Assembly (NCBI RefSeq): GCF_001194135.2 | Contig: NC_068984.1 | Coordinates: 41,628,136 to 41,692,135 of the forward strand | Direction: 5' to 3' | DNA: 64,000 bases | Source: Octopus bimaculoides | Taxonomy: Eukaryota | In this document: piece by piece, positions 37,201-51,553 of the stretch | Numbering within the stretch: position 1 is the stretch's first letter | Layout: every line of letters begins with the position of its first letter | Notes under the pieces: generated by a model | Database searches by the model: none | The model's input: only the letters and a program-made list of their open reading frames with translations | Told to the model about the DNA's origin: nothing | Program-made: the position numbers and the translations under genes

Positions 37201-40200
37201 AAGTGATTATCAGGTTATATGAATATGTTCAATCCAAGGTCATTCACCTGATGATAACAATTTTGCTCTCTCTCTCTTCATTCTTGTATTTGATTGTGTG
37301 CTAAGGAAGGCCACCAATGTTTGTGAAGAGGAAGGTTGCTCTGGTGCCCAGGTTGAGTCATCATATGCCAGCTATTACAGTTGTTGTCCTTGACAATGCT
37401 GACGGTCTTGCTTATCACAAACACTGCCGAGCAAGCTCACATGCTATTGATTGCAGTTGAAATGGCACACCAGATGGAAAGGTTTCAATTGAACCCAAAG
37501 AAAACCAAGGATTTGGCCTTTAATACTGAAGACAGCCATGAGCATTGGCAGTGGAAAGACCCTCAAAATGGGGGATGATTTCAGGTGCTTCAATACCTGG
37601 ACTTCATCCTCATTACTGTGTGAGGCAGAAACATAAACACTAATTCTCAGGAGAAACTGCTGGGTGGATGTTATACCAGGATGCTCCATATATGACTTAG
37701 GACACTTTGTGGATGGAAAACATGAACAACAGGCGCAAGAGTGGCTGTGTGGTAAGTAACTTGCTTACCAACCACATGGTTCCGGGTTCAGTCCCACTGC
37801 ATGGCACCTTGGGCAAGTGTCTTCTACTATAGCCTCGAGCCGACCAAAGCCTTGTGAGTGGATTTGGTAGACGGAAACTGAAAGAAGCCCGTCGTATATA
37901 TGTATATATATATATATGTAAATGTATGTGTGTTTGTGTGTCTGTGTTTGTCCCCCCACCATCGCTTGACAACCGATGCTGGTGTGTTTACGTCCCCGTA
38001 ACTTAACGGTTCGGCAAAAAGAGACCGATAGAATAAGTACTAGGCTTACAAAGAATAAGTCCTGGGGTTGATTTGTTCGACTAAAGGTAGTGCTCCAGCA
38101 TGGCCACAGTCAAATGACTGAAACAAGTAAAAGAGTGATGCTAATCTTTATACTGGTCTACCATTTGTGACTGCAAAAATTTGCCACTGACATTAATGAC
38201 AATGCAAGACTGGCAGATGATGATGAGGATAGTGACAATGACAACGACAAATTATGATGGTGGTAATACCAATTGACTGTGGTGACACATGAGGGGATAA
38301 TGGTAATTGCTGTTGAATATAACGACACATGATGTTGACAATGACAATTGATTGTGACAATGATGATAATTCTTTTCTGCTCTAGGCACAAGGCCTGAAA
38401 TTTTGGGGGAGGGGGCCAGTCGATTAGATCAACCCAGTATGCAACTGGTACTTAATTTATCAACCTCGAAAGGATGAAAGGCAAGGTCAACCTTGGCAGA
38501 ATTTGAACTCAGAACGTAAAGACAGACGAAATACCACAAAGTATTTCACCTGGCATGCTAACGTTTCCGCCAGCTCACCGCCTTGATAATGACTATGTTT
38601 CTGTATTATTATTCATAAAATATAACACAGTTACCTATGTGGTATGTTATGTAATGTAATGTTTCATTATTTTCTTTACAGAATGTGGTAGTTATTACAC
38701 AGAACAGACTGGAGTTATATCATCCCCTGGATTTCCACTTAGCTATGAAAATAACCAAAATTGTTTTTATACAATCACGGGAAACAACAACACCTATGTT
38801 CAGTTGACAGTTAAACATTTCAGCCTTCAAGGAGGTATCACTATTTATATATATAAAGAGAGTTTCTATTTATGTGTGTGTGGATGTTTCTTAGACATTA
38901 AAAAACTGAGTTGTCGATTTTGACATTTGGGGTATCAAAAGATTCAGTAATCTTTTGGCTACCAAATAAACTTTATTTTCATTTACATATTTTCTATGTT
39001 ATCTCAATAACTATCTTTAGTTATTTGAAAGACACTGCTCTACAATGACCAGGTTCCATTAGAAAGTGAAAATAGTTTCACACTTTCATTTTGAACCAAA
39101 ATTACAAAGTGTTGCATTATGAGAGTTAGAATGTGTGAATAATGAAAGTAATGTTTCTCTGAATTAGTCATATCTGTACTATAATAAAGTAAGCTGCTTA
39201 TCATCTATCTATATACATTGGGTCATCCCATAAATAATGCAGTTTTTTCAATTGCATGAATTAAAAGTTGGAAGGCGAGAGACAAACTACCTGCATTAAC
39301 TTGTTATAAAAGTAGGTTGTAATTTTACCTTGTCTGATTCTTAGTGCAAGTTTAGAAGAGTGCAGTTCGATTTTAACAGTTATTTTTTCAAAGCTATAAT
39401 GAAAGTGACATTGGAGCATATTCAGCATATTTTACTTTATGAGTTCAATACAGGCAACAACAGAATGGAAAGTGTGAGGAATATTAATGCAGTATATGGG
39501 GATCGGACAATAAGTGTAAGCCAGTGTCAATGGTGGTTCCAGAAATTCCGAGCCAGAAACTACAACCTAGAAGATGAGCCTCATCCTGGAAGATCTGTAG
39601 AGCTCAATGAGGATGTCCTGCAAATCCTGGTGGAACAAAATCCCATCGTAACTGTTGAGGAACTAGCAGAGAAGCTTGGCTTTGGTCATTCAACCAGTGA
39701 GATTCAAGTCAGCACGAGAAGAAAACCGATCATCTTTGATTCCAAGATGAAAGGTGTTCTTCTGTCAGGATAATGCTCAGCCACATACAGTGAGGATGAC
39801 ATTCCAAAGGCTGAAGCAGTTTGAATGGGAAATAATGCCCCACCCACCATATTCACTGGACAATGTCCCATCTGATTATCATTTATTCTGCAGTCTTCAA
39901 AATCATTTGGATTGAAAAAATATGAATTCTATACACAAAGTCAGAACAGTAGTGGAGGAGTGTTTTTCATCTCAGATAAGTGAATTTGCAAGTCTACCAG
40001 ACAGATAGAAGAGCATTGTAGAAAATGAAGGAGAGTATATTTTAGATTAAAAAAGAACTTGGTATATCTTAAAAGAAGTATAAAAAAAAATGCATTATTT
40101 ATGGGATGACCCAATATAAAGGTTACCAAGTAAACTATGTTTTTGGTACAAGAACTCTTTTTTACTATTAAAATAACTTCAGAAACAAGGTTGGGTTGCA

Positions 40201-43200
40201 CAATTTTGAGGTCATTTTTGGGCAATATTTCAATTTGCTTCTAATGTTTCATTTATGTCTGATGTTTCATGCATGTGTAAAATTCTACTCAGACAAACAT
40301 TTATGAAAATGTACATATAAATATTGTATTAAAATAAGCCACAACCAAAATAATTTCATTAAAAGACATCCATTTCTCTATATGTTACAAAGAAATACAG
40401 TCACTCACTCTCCCTCTCACATGAATGTGCACATGCACACATACATTAAAAAAACATGTATGCATATGTATTTATGTATGTGTATATGAAAGATAAAGTG
40501 TGTGTGCGAAAGAGAGAGAGAAAGAGTGATTGCCACATATACATGCAAAAAGTATATACATGACAACACACACTTTCATTCACTCCCTCTCCCTCTCTCT
40601 CTCTCTCTCACACACACACATCCATTTCATATACATGCACATACATCTTTCACTTTCTCCTCTCACTTCAAAGCAAATGTCGCCTTTACACTTTCTCCTC
40701 TTTTCCAATTTCTGCTCTCTTCAAAGCATAATGAAATAGAAAATTTTTACAGAAATTAATGAACAAACATATGATCCCATATGATCAAGTTGACAACTTT
40801 GCTGCTTCAAATGAAGGAATGCCATAAAATAACTTCCTTTGACACACACATGAGTGCACATACACACAAACACACACACACTCTCTCTCTCTCTCTCTCA
40901 AACTTCTGTACAAATAATGTTATTTCTTGGCTGTGTGCACCTGCAAAATTATAGCTCAAATCCAATTGAAGTGACCTTTTTCTATTCTGTAATTTGTGTT
41001 TGTGAAGAGTGTATTTAACAACCTAATCTTCAACATAAACTTAAAAGGAAGTTTTCCCAGAAATCCTGTCCTTTACCTGTTGTTTCTAGCATGTTTGAGG
41101 TAACATTTGCCACCCCCTCACCTATTTTTTTCCTAAATTTCTTCTGATTCCTATGTTTCCAATACAAGAGATTAGGATTTTGCTCAAAAAACACTTTCTC
41201 ATTATTTCAGTTTTCTCCCCCACCCCGACCCCAATTTCTTCATTTTATTTTTTCCCAGATTTCCTGTGATATTATTGTCCATCCACTGCATTCTTTGCCT
41301 GCCTCTTGATCTATTGCCCTCTACTCTTCCTTCTCTGATAATGTTTTCTAGTTCCCTGCTTCTTTGAATATGGCCATAATAGATGAACTTTTGTTTTTTC
41401 TCGATGTTCAAGAGTTGTCATCTTTCACCTACTTATTGTAACACCCATTCAATAATACATCATGAGAGAAGTGTTTGCTGCAACTCTAAACAACAATCAT
41501 TTACTTAGCTGGATATGTTGTCCAGCTGTTTTGTCTTTCAATTTATGTGTCTTTAGCTTATGAGGCAAGAAGCTGATTGAATTAACTTTCACTTCTTTCA
41601 ACCGTCCCAGATAAATAGAAGGCAAAATGACTAATCACAACTGATTGTGAATTTAGTACTCTGAGCTACTGGATTAAATATGATAACACATAAAGGCATG
41701 TACATCTGTACAAGCCATGTACAGAGATGCTGTCAGTAAGGTGAAGGTTGGCAGTGAGTATAGTGATGAATTCAGGGTATAAGTAGGGGTTTACCAAGGA
41801 TCAGTTCTCAGCCCACTTTTGTTCATCATAGGGCTATTGGCAGTAACAAAAATTTAAGATGGGCTGCCCCTGAGAGTTCCTTCATGCTGAGGACCTTGCT
41901 CTTATGGCTGAATCATTACTAAAACTAGAGAAGAAATTTCAGGAGCGAAAGCAAAAGCTAGAATTTAATTTAATCTAGCTAAAACGAAAGTCTTAGTAAG
42001 TAGAAAAGCAGACAAATCACAAATCCCTTCAGGTAGATGGCCCTGCTTGATCTGAAGAAAAGGCAGAGGTTGAAACTCCATAAGATGTACTTGATGTAAG
42101 CTATGGACACATAAGAGGTGCGGCAATATCAGAGGAAGTTTAACAGGGAAAATAGTTTTCGTGTGTAGAAGGTGCACAGGTACAATAAACACTAAAAATG
42201 TACAGAAAATAGACTCCACAACAGAGTGTATGCATCTTGAGAGAAAAGTTGGGCATAAGAGGCATCAGGTGTAGTGTGCAAGAGAGAAGACTGTGCTGAT
42301 ACGGTCATGTGATGCATATGGTTGTGGACAGCTGTGTAAAGAAGTGATGATCTCTAACTGTAGAGGGAATCTGTGGAAGGGGTAAACCCAGGAAAACATG
42401 GAACGAGGTGGTGAAACATGATCTTCAAATGCTAACCCTCACAGAGACAATGACAAGTGACCAAGACCTTTGGCAATTTGCCATGCTTGAGAAGACCCAT
42501 TAAGCCAAATAAAATCGTAGTTGTGGCTGGTGCTGGTGTCACATAACTGGCATCCATGCTGGTGGAACATAGAAAACACTATTTGAACATTGGGCCTCAT
42601 GGAGGCAATGATAAGTGACAGAGACCTTTGGTGATATACTGTGCTTGAGAAGATCTATCAAGCCAAGTGAAATCGTAGTTGTGGCCAATGCTGGTTTCAC
42701 CTAACTGGCATGTAAAATACTCTCATTACACTCTTGGAGTGGTTGACATTAGGAAGGGAACCCAGCCATAGAAACCATGCCAAATCAGACTGGAACCTAG
42801 TGTAGCCCTACAGCCTACCAGTTTCAGTCAAACCATCTAACTCATGCCAGCATGGAAACAGACACAAAGGGATGACGATGATAAAGGAAGAGGTTCTGTT
42901 TTCAATATAAATGATAATTTTGATTATATTAAAGATTTACAACAGTAGAATAAAACTACTGTTAATCTCTTGGCTTGAGGATCATGAATTTACATCTCTT
43001 GCCTGGCTTTGCCTTGTCAAGGTATTGAGCTTGCCGTACCTCAATATACATTTTAGCTTTCAAATGCAGTGAAGATCAGTACTATATTCTCCAATCAGAC
43101 TGAGTTTTCCTATTAAGGCTGATTTATTTTTTCTGTTTTGCCTTACATCTCTTATACTGATTATGGATAATAAAATTCTAATAGAGGGATTATAAAAAAA

Positions 43201-46200
43201 AGTTGGTGTTTATCATCAACTGGCTTTCTCTTTGGAAATCCTGAAAATGATATAACCCTAAGGAAATCAGATTATATAAAGATTTGCCAAGACAGGTCAT
43301 TAACTGTCATATTTTGTTTTAAAGTAAAAGCTCTCGAATCAATTACTTAATTTAACCATTTGATCAGACACTGCATAATACGCTAAGGAATATGTTATGT
43401 GTACAATATTTCATAATGAATATATTATAGTAAATATTATAAATAGCTGTTAGTTTTTAATACATGCTTATATTTGATATGTGTGGACTATTTATTCCAG
43501 ATTGCAGGGCTGATTATTTGCAGATAAGAGCTGCTGAAAACCCTTATCATGGAGGTAGTTATTGTGGAAGTAACATACCACAGTACATGATGTTCAAAGC
43601 ACCAGTAAACTTTTATTTCAAAACCGATGATTCTAAAACATCAATTGGTTTTGAAATAAGCTATAAAAAGTATGGTAAGCAATTCAGTTATTCAATCCCA
43701 TTATAGTCTAATATGTCATTAGTTATAATTTTTTTTTAGCTACTTAATGATTACATTTTTTCATTAGTTACCATTACGTCACAGCAATAGTATTACATAA
43801 GATATTTTCTTTCCTTCTCTTGATAAAAACAAATTCATTTATTCACCCGAAAACTAGTGTCTTTACCTGTAGTAGTTCTCACTTTCATCCTTTAATGACA
43901 TTTTAAAAAGTTGTAATGGTAGTGATTCTAATTAACAAATCCTGAATATTTCACTTGAGAGCTTTTTTTCTTTTGTAAAACAGTTACAATACTTTATTTA
44001 ATCATACAGGTCTCTTCACCCAACTAGTAAATGCCTCCCTCTTGTACTTTTGCTGCCAGGTTAACAGTATACTATTAGTTTGTTCATAATACACATAAAT
44101 GCTCTTTAAATGAAAGTTGATTTAGTTTTTCAACTTCAACTATTTGTCTTTGTCTGATAAAGATATTATGTTGAAATACCTCTTCTTTCTACATGATTTT
44201 TACCTGGTGGAAACTTTAAACTCAGCTCTGCACATTAACAAAACAATTTATGAGGTGTAATTGCGTTTTATAGTAACGTGAGCTGCATCTTTCCATTGTG
44301 AACATCTTATCTCAAATGAAGAGTTGGTGTAGCCAAAGTGTTGGTTCTCAGGATGAGATGAACTGGAAGGAAAGAGCTGTGACATCATTGGTTAAGGGGC
44401 CTGACCGGGACAGAAAGTTGGGGAAGAAAGACCAGGGTTATCCTCTTTTGGCCTGGCACACTCACCATGGATGGACGTCAATGGAGAAAGCTAACGGGAC
44501 TGGTAGTGGTATAATAGCTGCTAACAGGTGCAACAGGTAGGGCATGGGTTTTGGATTTAGTACAGTTGGACAGCAGACAATGAGAAGGTATGTGAAGCAT
44601 ATCTTATTTCCCCACATTACAGTTCCCTTGTACCACAAGCAATTTTGGCACTTGTGTATAAATTTATTTCTCCATTGTTGTTGTCCCCTTCCACAAGATG
44701 GTAGTAAAGATAAGGATCAGTGGCGATGCTGTCAGAGCTTTCTATGGCAAAGGAAATGTAGTGGCCTGGATCTGTAAGATCAAGGTAGTGGCCAAGCTAC
44801 AAGGCATCGATGATGTAGCAGGTCTCATAGCCCTTTCCCTGGAGGAAAGAACATTGCACTGTACCTCAAGATGGATGAGGAAAACCAATTGAGCATGGTG
44901 AAGACTGAGCCATGTTTGAGAGAAGCCTATATGGAGAGAACGTACACTGTGTTTACTAAGCTGGAAATGATCAGGTGGGCAGGGGAATGGGTTGATGAGC
45001 ATGCCACGGAGGTTCAGAGATTAGCCATGTTATCCAGTTTTACTGGAGATGGTCTCGAGAAGGTAGCATGACTGGCCTTCATAACTGGCCTTCGTCAGGC
45101 AGCAAGAAAGTGGCGATGAGCAAGCACATCACTCAAGTGTCAAAGGAAAACACCCAGTTGGAAGGCAGTGGTGGTTGCAGCTGCAGAAACCTGTGATGTA
45201 GTGCAACAACTGGTAAAGAAAGAGAAGACAACTGCTGTGGAATGACAACGACTGTTCATGGGCCAGTGCTTTGAGTACCAGAGACCTCACATGGCAAGGG
45301 ACTGTGTGAGGATGAAGATCAGACTTGTTTGCTGCCGGTGCATGCAGACTGGGCATATCACTTGAAATTGCAACCAGGGAAAGGGCCACTGAGAAGTTGT
45401 TGCCTCCCAAACTTCCCCCACGAGCGAGTAGAAGCACTCGTGCAGTCACTGACTGTAGTTGAAATCTAGGTTGGGAGAAAGGTATTCAAAACCCTTGTGG
45501 ATACAGGCTGTACGATGTCTCTCGTGGTCCTGAGGGTGACAAAAGAACGGAAGGGGACGAGTAGTGTTTCGGCAGTTGATGGCAGCGAAATTGCATTTAA
45601 GGGTAGCAACAACGTGGAGATAGCAATGCGGAACAAAACACTGTGGCTGAGGGTGATTGTGATAGACCGTGTAGTAGATGTGACTGATGTGGTGATGGGG
45701 ATGAATGCAATCAACTGCCTTGGAGGTGTGAGTGTTGGAGATGTGGTTTAATTTGGTGGTGCAGGGGCTTCATGCACCATGAGTCTGCAACATGAGAGGG
45801 AACAGAGCTTTGCAAGGGACTGTACTGTTTACACTGTTGAGGACAAAGATTTTCAGGTGGTGTTTGATGGTCAGTGGTGGATAGTAGAGTGGCACTGGAA
45901 AAGGGAGACCAGACTAAGTCACTATCAGCATACCTTCAAAGGACATGCCAGGAGTGAGTTTGAAGGAGAGGTAGAGAGATGGATTAAGGAGGGTGTGCTT
46001 ATCCTGTGGAAGGAGGAGGAGGTAAGCAGAGTGCTGCCAATAATGACAGTGGTGCAGCCAACAAAGGACAAAATCAGGCCAGTATTGGACTTTTGAGTGC
46101 TGAATGACTATGTATCATTCCACACGGGCAGTGAGGTGACTGACATCTGCAGTGAGATGCTGCACAAATGGAGACAGATGATAAGGGGAGTGATGATTGT

Positions 46201-49200
46201 CGACTTGAAGTCAGCATATTTGCATCTCCATATGTAAGTGAGAAACTGTGGCAGTATCAGCTGATGTGATATAAGAGCCAAACATACTGTTAGCTAAGCT
46301 AGGTTTCAAGCTAAATTCTGTGCTGAAGATCATGGCAACAGTGCTCAAGTCTATCCTAGGAAAGGTGGACAAAATAAGAAGGGCCACCAATTTCTATACA
46401 GCCGACATCTTGGTAGCTGAGGCTGTAATGTCTGCCAGACAGGTTGTAAGTCATGTGAAGAAGCTCGGGCTGATTGCAAAGCCACCAGATCCAATGGTTG
46501 AAGGAGCTGCACTGGGACTCAAGCTTCGAAGAGATAAAACTGGCTGTTGGTGTTTCAGAGGGGGAATGAGATCCTGGAACTGGGTACAGTGTCAACAGGG
46601 AGGCTATGAACAGTGTGCAACTACATCAAGGCATGAGCAGATAGGGCATACTGGGGAGACAAAGTGGGGAGGGAACAGCAGTTATGATGTGGAAGATCCT
46701 AGAGAGGACAAGAGTAGAAAACCCAGTAAGAGGAAATTGGCATGTGCCCAAATTGGAGAATGGGACCATATGGTGTGATGCTAGCATCATAGCAATAGGG
46801 GTTGTACTGGAAATCAGAGGCATTGAGTTGGAGGATGTGGCCTGGCTTTGAAAAGCAGATGATTACAGTCACATCAATGTAGCCGAGTTGGACGCAGTGC
46901 TGAAGGGGATGGATCTGGCCCTGAAATGGGGGCTGTACTCCATTGAAATCTGAACTGATTTGACCACCGTGTTTGGCTGGGTAGGATCAGTGATCACTGA
47001 TGAAAAGCGGGTTCAAACCAAAGGGGCTGCAGAGATGTTAGTAAAGTGCTACCTAGGGATTCTAGGAGAGTTAGCTGCTGAATTTGGTTTGAAGCTGAGC
47101 ATGGTCTTTGTGCCTTCAGAAGGGAATAAGGCAGACATTTTAACTAGGGTGATAAAAGCTTGGTTGGAAGAGCCAGAAGATTCAAAGCAGGAGATTGCTG
47201 CAGTGTGTTGATGAAGTGACTCAGAACTAAAGAGACTGCATGTCATGCATCATATGGGCATGAATAGAACCCTGTATCTTGCATGGAGAATTAGTGCCAA
47301 TGTTATTAGACAGAGCATCCAAAAGGTGGTCAGGAACTGTGATAGATATCAATCTATTGACTCTGCTCCAGGTGTAAATGAGCAGGGAAACATCTCAGTA
47401 AAGCACTGCTGGAGACAATTGGTGGTGGATGTGACACACTACCAGTGGGGAACGTATCTCTTAATGGTTGACTGTGGGTCAGGTTGGATGGCCATTTGGA
47501 GGGAAATGAAGACGGGCACTGCAGACGACACTGTACATATCCTGAATGAGATATTTCTGGATCAGGGCCCTGTGGATGAATTGCTGATGAGCAATGGCAC
47601 TGAATTTCCTTTAGAGATACTGAAGAAGATACTTGATAAGTAGAACGTGTGCCACTTCTTCAGAGTGGCATACAGGCCAAGTGGAAATGGGATCATGAAA
47701 GACATCATCAAGCAATCAAAGCTATGGTGGAAAGGGGGCACATCTTCACTGCTAGAAGCAGTATTCTGGTACAATATGTTGCCTCGATCAGGACAGGCCA
47801 AAGAGTCTGTGCCATACGAAGTGATATTCAGATATGAATGGTAACATCCAAGTAAACCATCAGAATGCCCTGCAGAAGAGAGAGGGCTTGTCTTCATGGA
47901 GGTGGGAGAGGAAGTCTGGGTCAAGCCCCTGAAGGCATGATGCACATCCCAGTGGAACAGAGGAACAGTGATGGTTGTTAATGTCAAAAATAACGTTTCT
48001 GTCGATGGAACACTGTGTCAGTTCTTGGATGTTTACAGAATTGTGCTTTGTCGGACAACAAAGGTGGAGGAGAGGAATAGAACGAGGCTCCCTCCCTACA
48101 GCGATCACAGCATGTGAGGCGTCCACCTGTGTGGATGGTAGATTTTAATATGGAGTGAAGTGAGGAGCTGATCCTTGAGATGAGATGAGCTGAAAAGAAA
48201 GGGCTGTGATATCAATGGTCAAGGGGCCTGACTGGAAAAGGGAGGGGTAGAGATGAAGTGAGGGAAGCAAAACCAGAGTTGGCTTCTTTCGGCCTGGTGC
48301 ACTCACCATGAACGGACTTCAGTGGAGTGAGCTAGTAGCATTGGTAGTAGCATCTGCTAACATTAAGTGCAACAGGTAGGGCACATGTTTTGGACTTAGT
48401 ATAGCTGAACAGCCAACCACAAGAAGGTAGGTGAACTGTATCTTATTTTCCCACATTACAGCTCCCTTGTATCACAAATACATAACAGTATGAGAAAGAG
48501 GGTCTACATATCTAAGCTGGAACCACTGTTATGGCTGATGATAGTAAACTGTAACTTGGCAGTTGATTGACAAAAGTACAATAAAATGATTTAGTTGGGT
48601 TTAGCAGTAGAGTACAAAAATACTTCAGAAACCATATCAACTTCCTAACTTTTTTTTATTTGTAAAGTCTCAATAATGTTTTTGTTTTCTTTATTTCATA
48701 GTCATTCTGTTAAATTTTTTCCTTGACTTTCCAGATTGTGGTGGAGTTTTAACTACTCCAACAGGAAAGATAGAACTTGTGAAGCCTGTCCATTTCTATA
48801 TATCAAGAATGAACTGTAGTTGGGAAATAACTGTCAAAGAAAACAGATCAGTAGAACTAAAGTAAGTAGGAAGAGTATAACATTTTCTTAAAATTTAATC
48901 TGCAAGGAAAAGAAAAAACCTGAATGAATATGGTAGAGATATTGTCATTATTCCTGAATTAATTAGAATGATAAATTCTAATTAATAATCTGAAAATAAT
49001 TAGGCTTTGATCACTAACATTAATTCAGACTGATACTAATTTTATTGACTCTTCAGAAATCAAAGACCAATTTATCTATCATAGCATTTGGAATTACATA
49101 CATGCATGCATAGATACATATTAAATCTTGACAGCGACTTCAAAGTTTTGGTTTACAAGCTGTCATTAGACTGTGGTTTACTTTGGTGTTTCTGGCTTTA

Positions 49201-50608
49201 ATGATAATGATCTTAAAGATAGAGGAAGAAAAACAAAGCAAATACAATCCTTTAAGATTTGAAATAGGAAGAATTCGGAGCTTGTGAACAGTAAAGGTCG
49301 TGCCTATAATAATTACTGTGTTGGGAACAGTAAGCCAAGATGTAGACAAATGGCTCAAGGAGATTGAAATAGAATGCGTGGTAGAGCTCCTACAGAAAAT
49401 TTACCTCTGAGGACAACAAGGATTATCAGGAAGGTTCTAAGCACTTGAAAGACTGCCAAAAATGTGTGGGTACCTAAGGTTACAGGTAGTAACCTGCTAC
49501 CACATAAATCCTACCAGAAATAAAACCAAACCTGAGCTTTGTTTCTATAATAATAATAGTAATAATACTGATAATAATCTGTATAATAATCTGCTTGTTT
49601 GTTCTTCCATTATACTTTAGCTAGTTAAAGAGATGGAGTGAGTGAGAGGTGGAGTAAAAGTGAGAGAGAGAGGGTGAGGAATGTGAGTAGAGAAAGAAAG
49701 AAGTGAGGAAAAAGTAGAGAAAGATGTATAAGGCTACATGTCACATGGTTAGTTGAAGGTAGGGGAGAAGAGCAAGGTAAAAAAGACAGAAAAGTGAAGA
49801 GAAAAGTGTTAATGATGTGCTGCAGGGTGAGGAGGGAAAGGTAAAGAGAAAGAGATACGTTTAGGATACAATATTTAACAGAGGGTGATGTTCTGGTGGT
49901 AAGGTTAAAAAAAGGCAGATAGAGAGAGATGGACAGGGGAGGCAGTTACATTAAGAGAGAGAGTGGAGTAGATAGCATTTGTACATGTTCATTTACACTT
50001 TACACTTTAGTTTGTGAGAGAGAGGAAGAGGGAATGTGAGAGTGAGTAGAGAGCGTATAGCCAGTCAATACATTATGCTGTCACTCATGTGGTTAGTGGA
50101 AGTGAGAAGTGAAGAGAAAGAGAAAGATGTTAAAGACATGAAGAAGAGAATTACATGATGGTTAAAATGTTTGTTGAAGAGGTAGAGAGAAATATAAAGA
50201 GCTTAACAGAAATTTTTTTTAAATGATGTAACATATTATTGTACTGGAAGTGAAATAACACAGCAAAATAAAAATTATCCTTTCTCCCTTAAATAGCTTC
50301 TCTTAATCTTTTTTTGTTCTGTGGAATTTCCAAAGGTCCCACTAGTAACAATGATAATAATGATGATGAAGATGATGGTGGTGATGGTGATGATGATTGC
50401 AAATTTTGACACAAAATCATCAAGTTCAAGGGAGGGGATAAGTTGATTAGAGTAACACCAGTGTTCAACTGGTATTTATTTTATTGATCCTGGAAGGATG
50501 AAAGGCAAAGCTGACCTTGGCAGAATTTGAACTCAGAATGTAAAGACAGGCTAAGTACTGCTAAGCATTTTACTCAGTGTGCTACTAATTTTGCCAACTT
50601 GCTGCCTT

Positions 50609-50681
<73 letters not shown>

Positions 50682-51505
50682 CGACGACGATGACGATGAC
50701 GACGACGACGATGACGATGACGACGATGACGACGATTGCACTGATGCAATACCAGGCAGTAGCTCTCATGACTTCTGATCTTAATTGATTGGAAGTGTTA
50801 TCATATACATTGTTTTGTCTTGGTATAAGAGATGGACTACAGCAAATATTTTGCTCAATGCCACAGATTGGCTTGTCAATTGCTTGACCTTAACCAGTTG
50901 AGCATGTCCCTTGGTGGCTGACGATATGTGCATCCCTGATCATGAGCAGAAGTAGTGGGGGACCATCATAGCCATGTATTGAGAGAAAGTCTTTGAGGTT
51001 TGGATAATTCACCTTTGGAAACAAGGGTGTTTTGTTCATCATCCTTAAACAAACCTTTATTCAGGGACCTTTTGAGTGAGATGGGCTACTCAACCTGAAG
51101 AAAATTCTAACTGGGCCCCACCTGCAAGGTCACGCACTGTTTATCTTGATATGGGATCACCATGTGGCACACATATGGTTGTGATGCATGTGCCTGGTGT
51201 ACCCTTATCAGACGGGTAGCCATGATGGGTATACTGGGCTTCGTATATTTTAGCCCAGTGTCACTTTGTTGGCATGCACTGCTCTCTCACTCAATAATAA
51301 TAATAATCCTTTCTACTCTAGACATAAGGCCTGAAACTTTTTTAGGTTAGGAGTTTAATCGATTACATCAACCCCCAGTGCTCAACTGGTATTTATTTCA
51401 ATGACCCTGAAAGGACAAAAGCAAAGCTGACCACAGCAAATGCTACTAATCATTTTGCCTGGAATGCTCATGATTATGCTAGCTTGTTACCTTAATAATA
51501 ATAAT

Positions 51506-51553
<48 letters not shown>

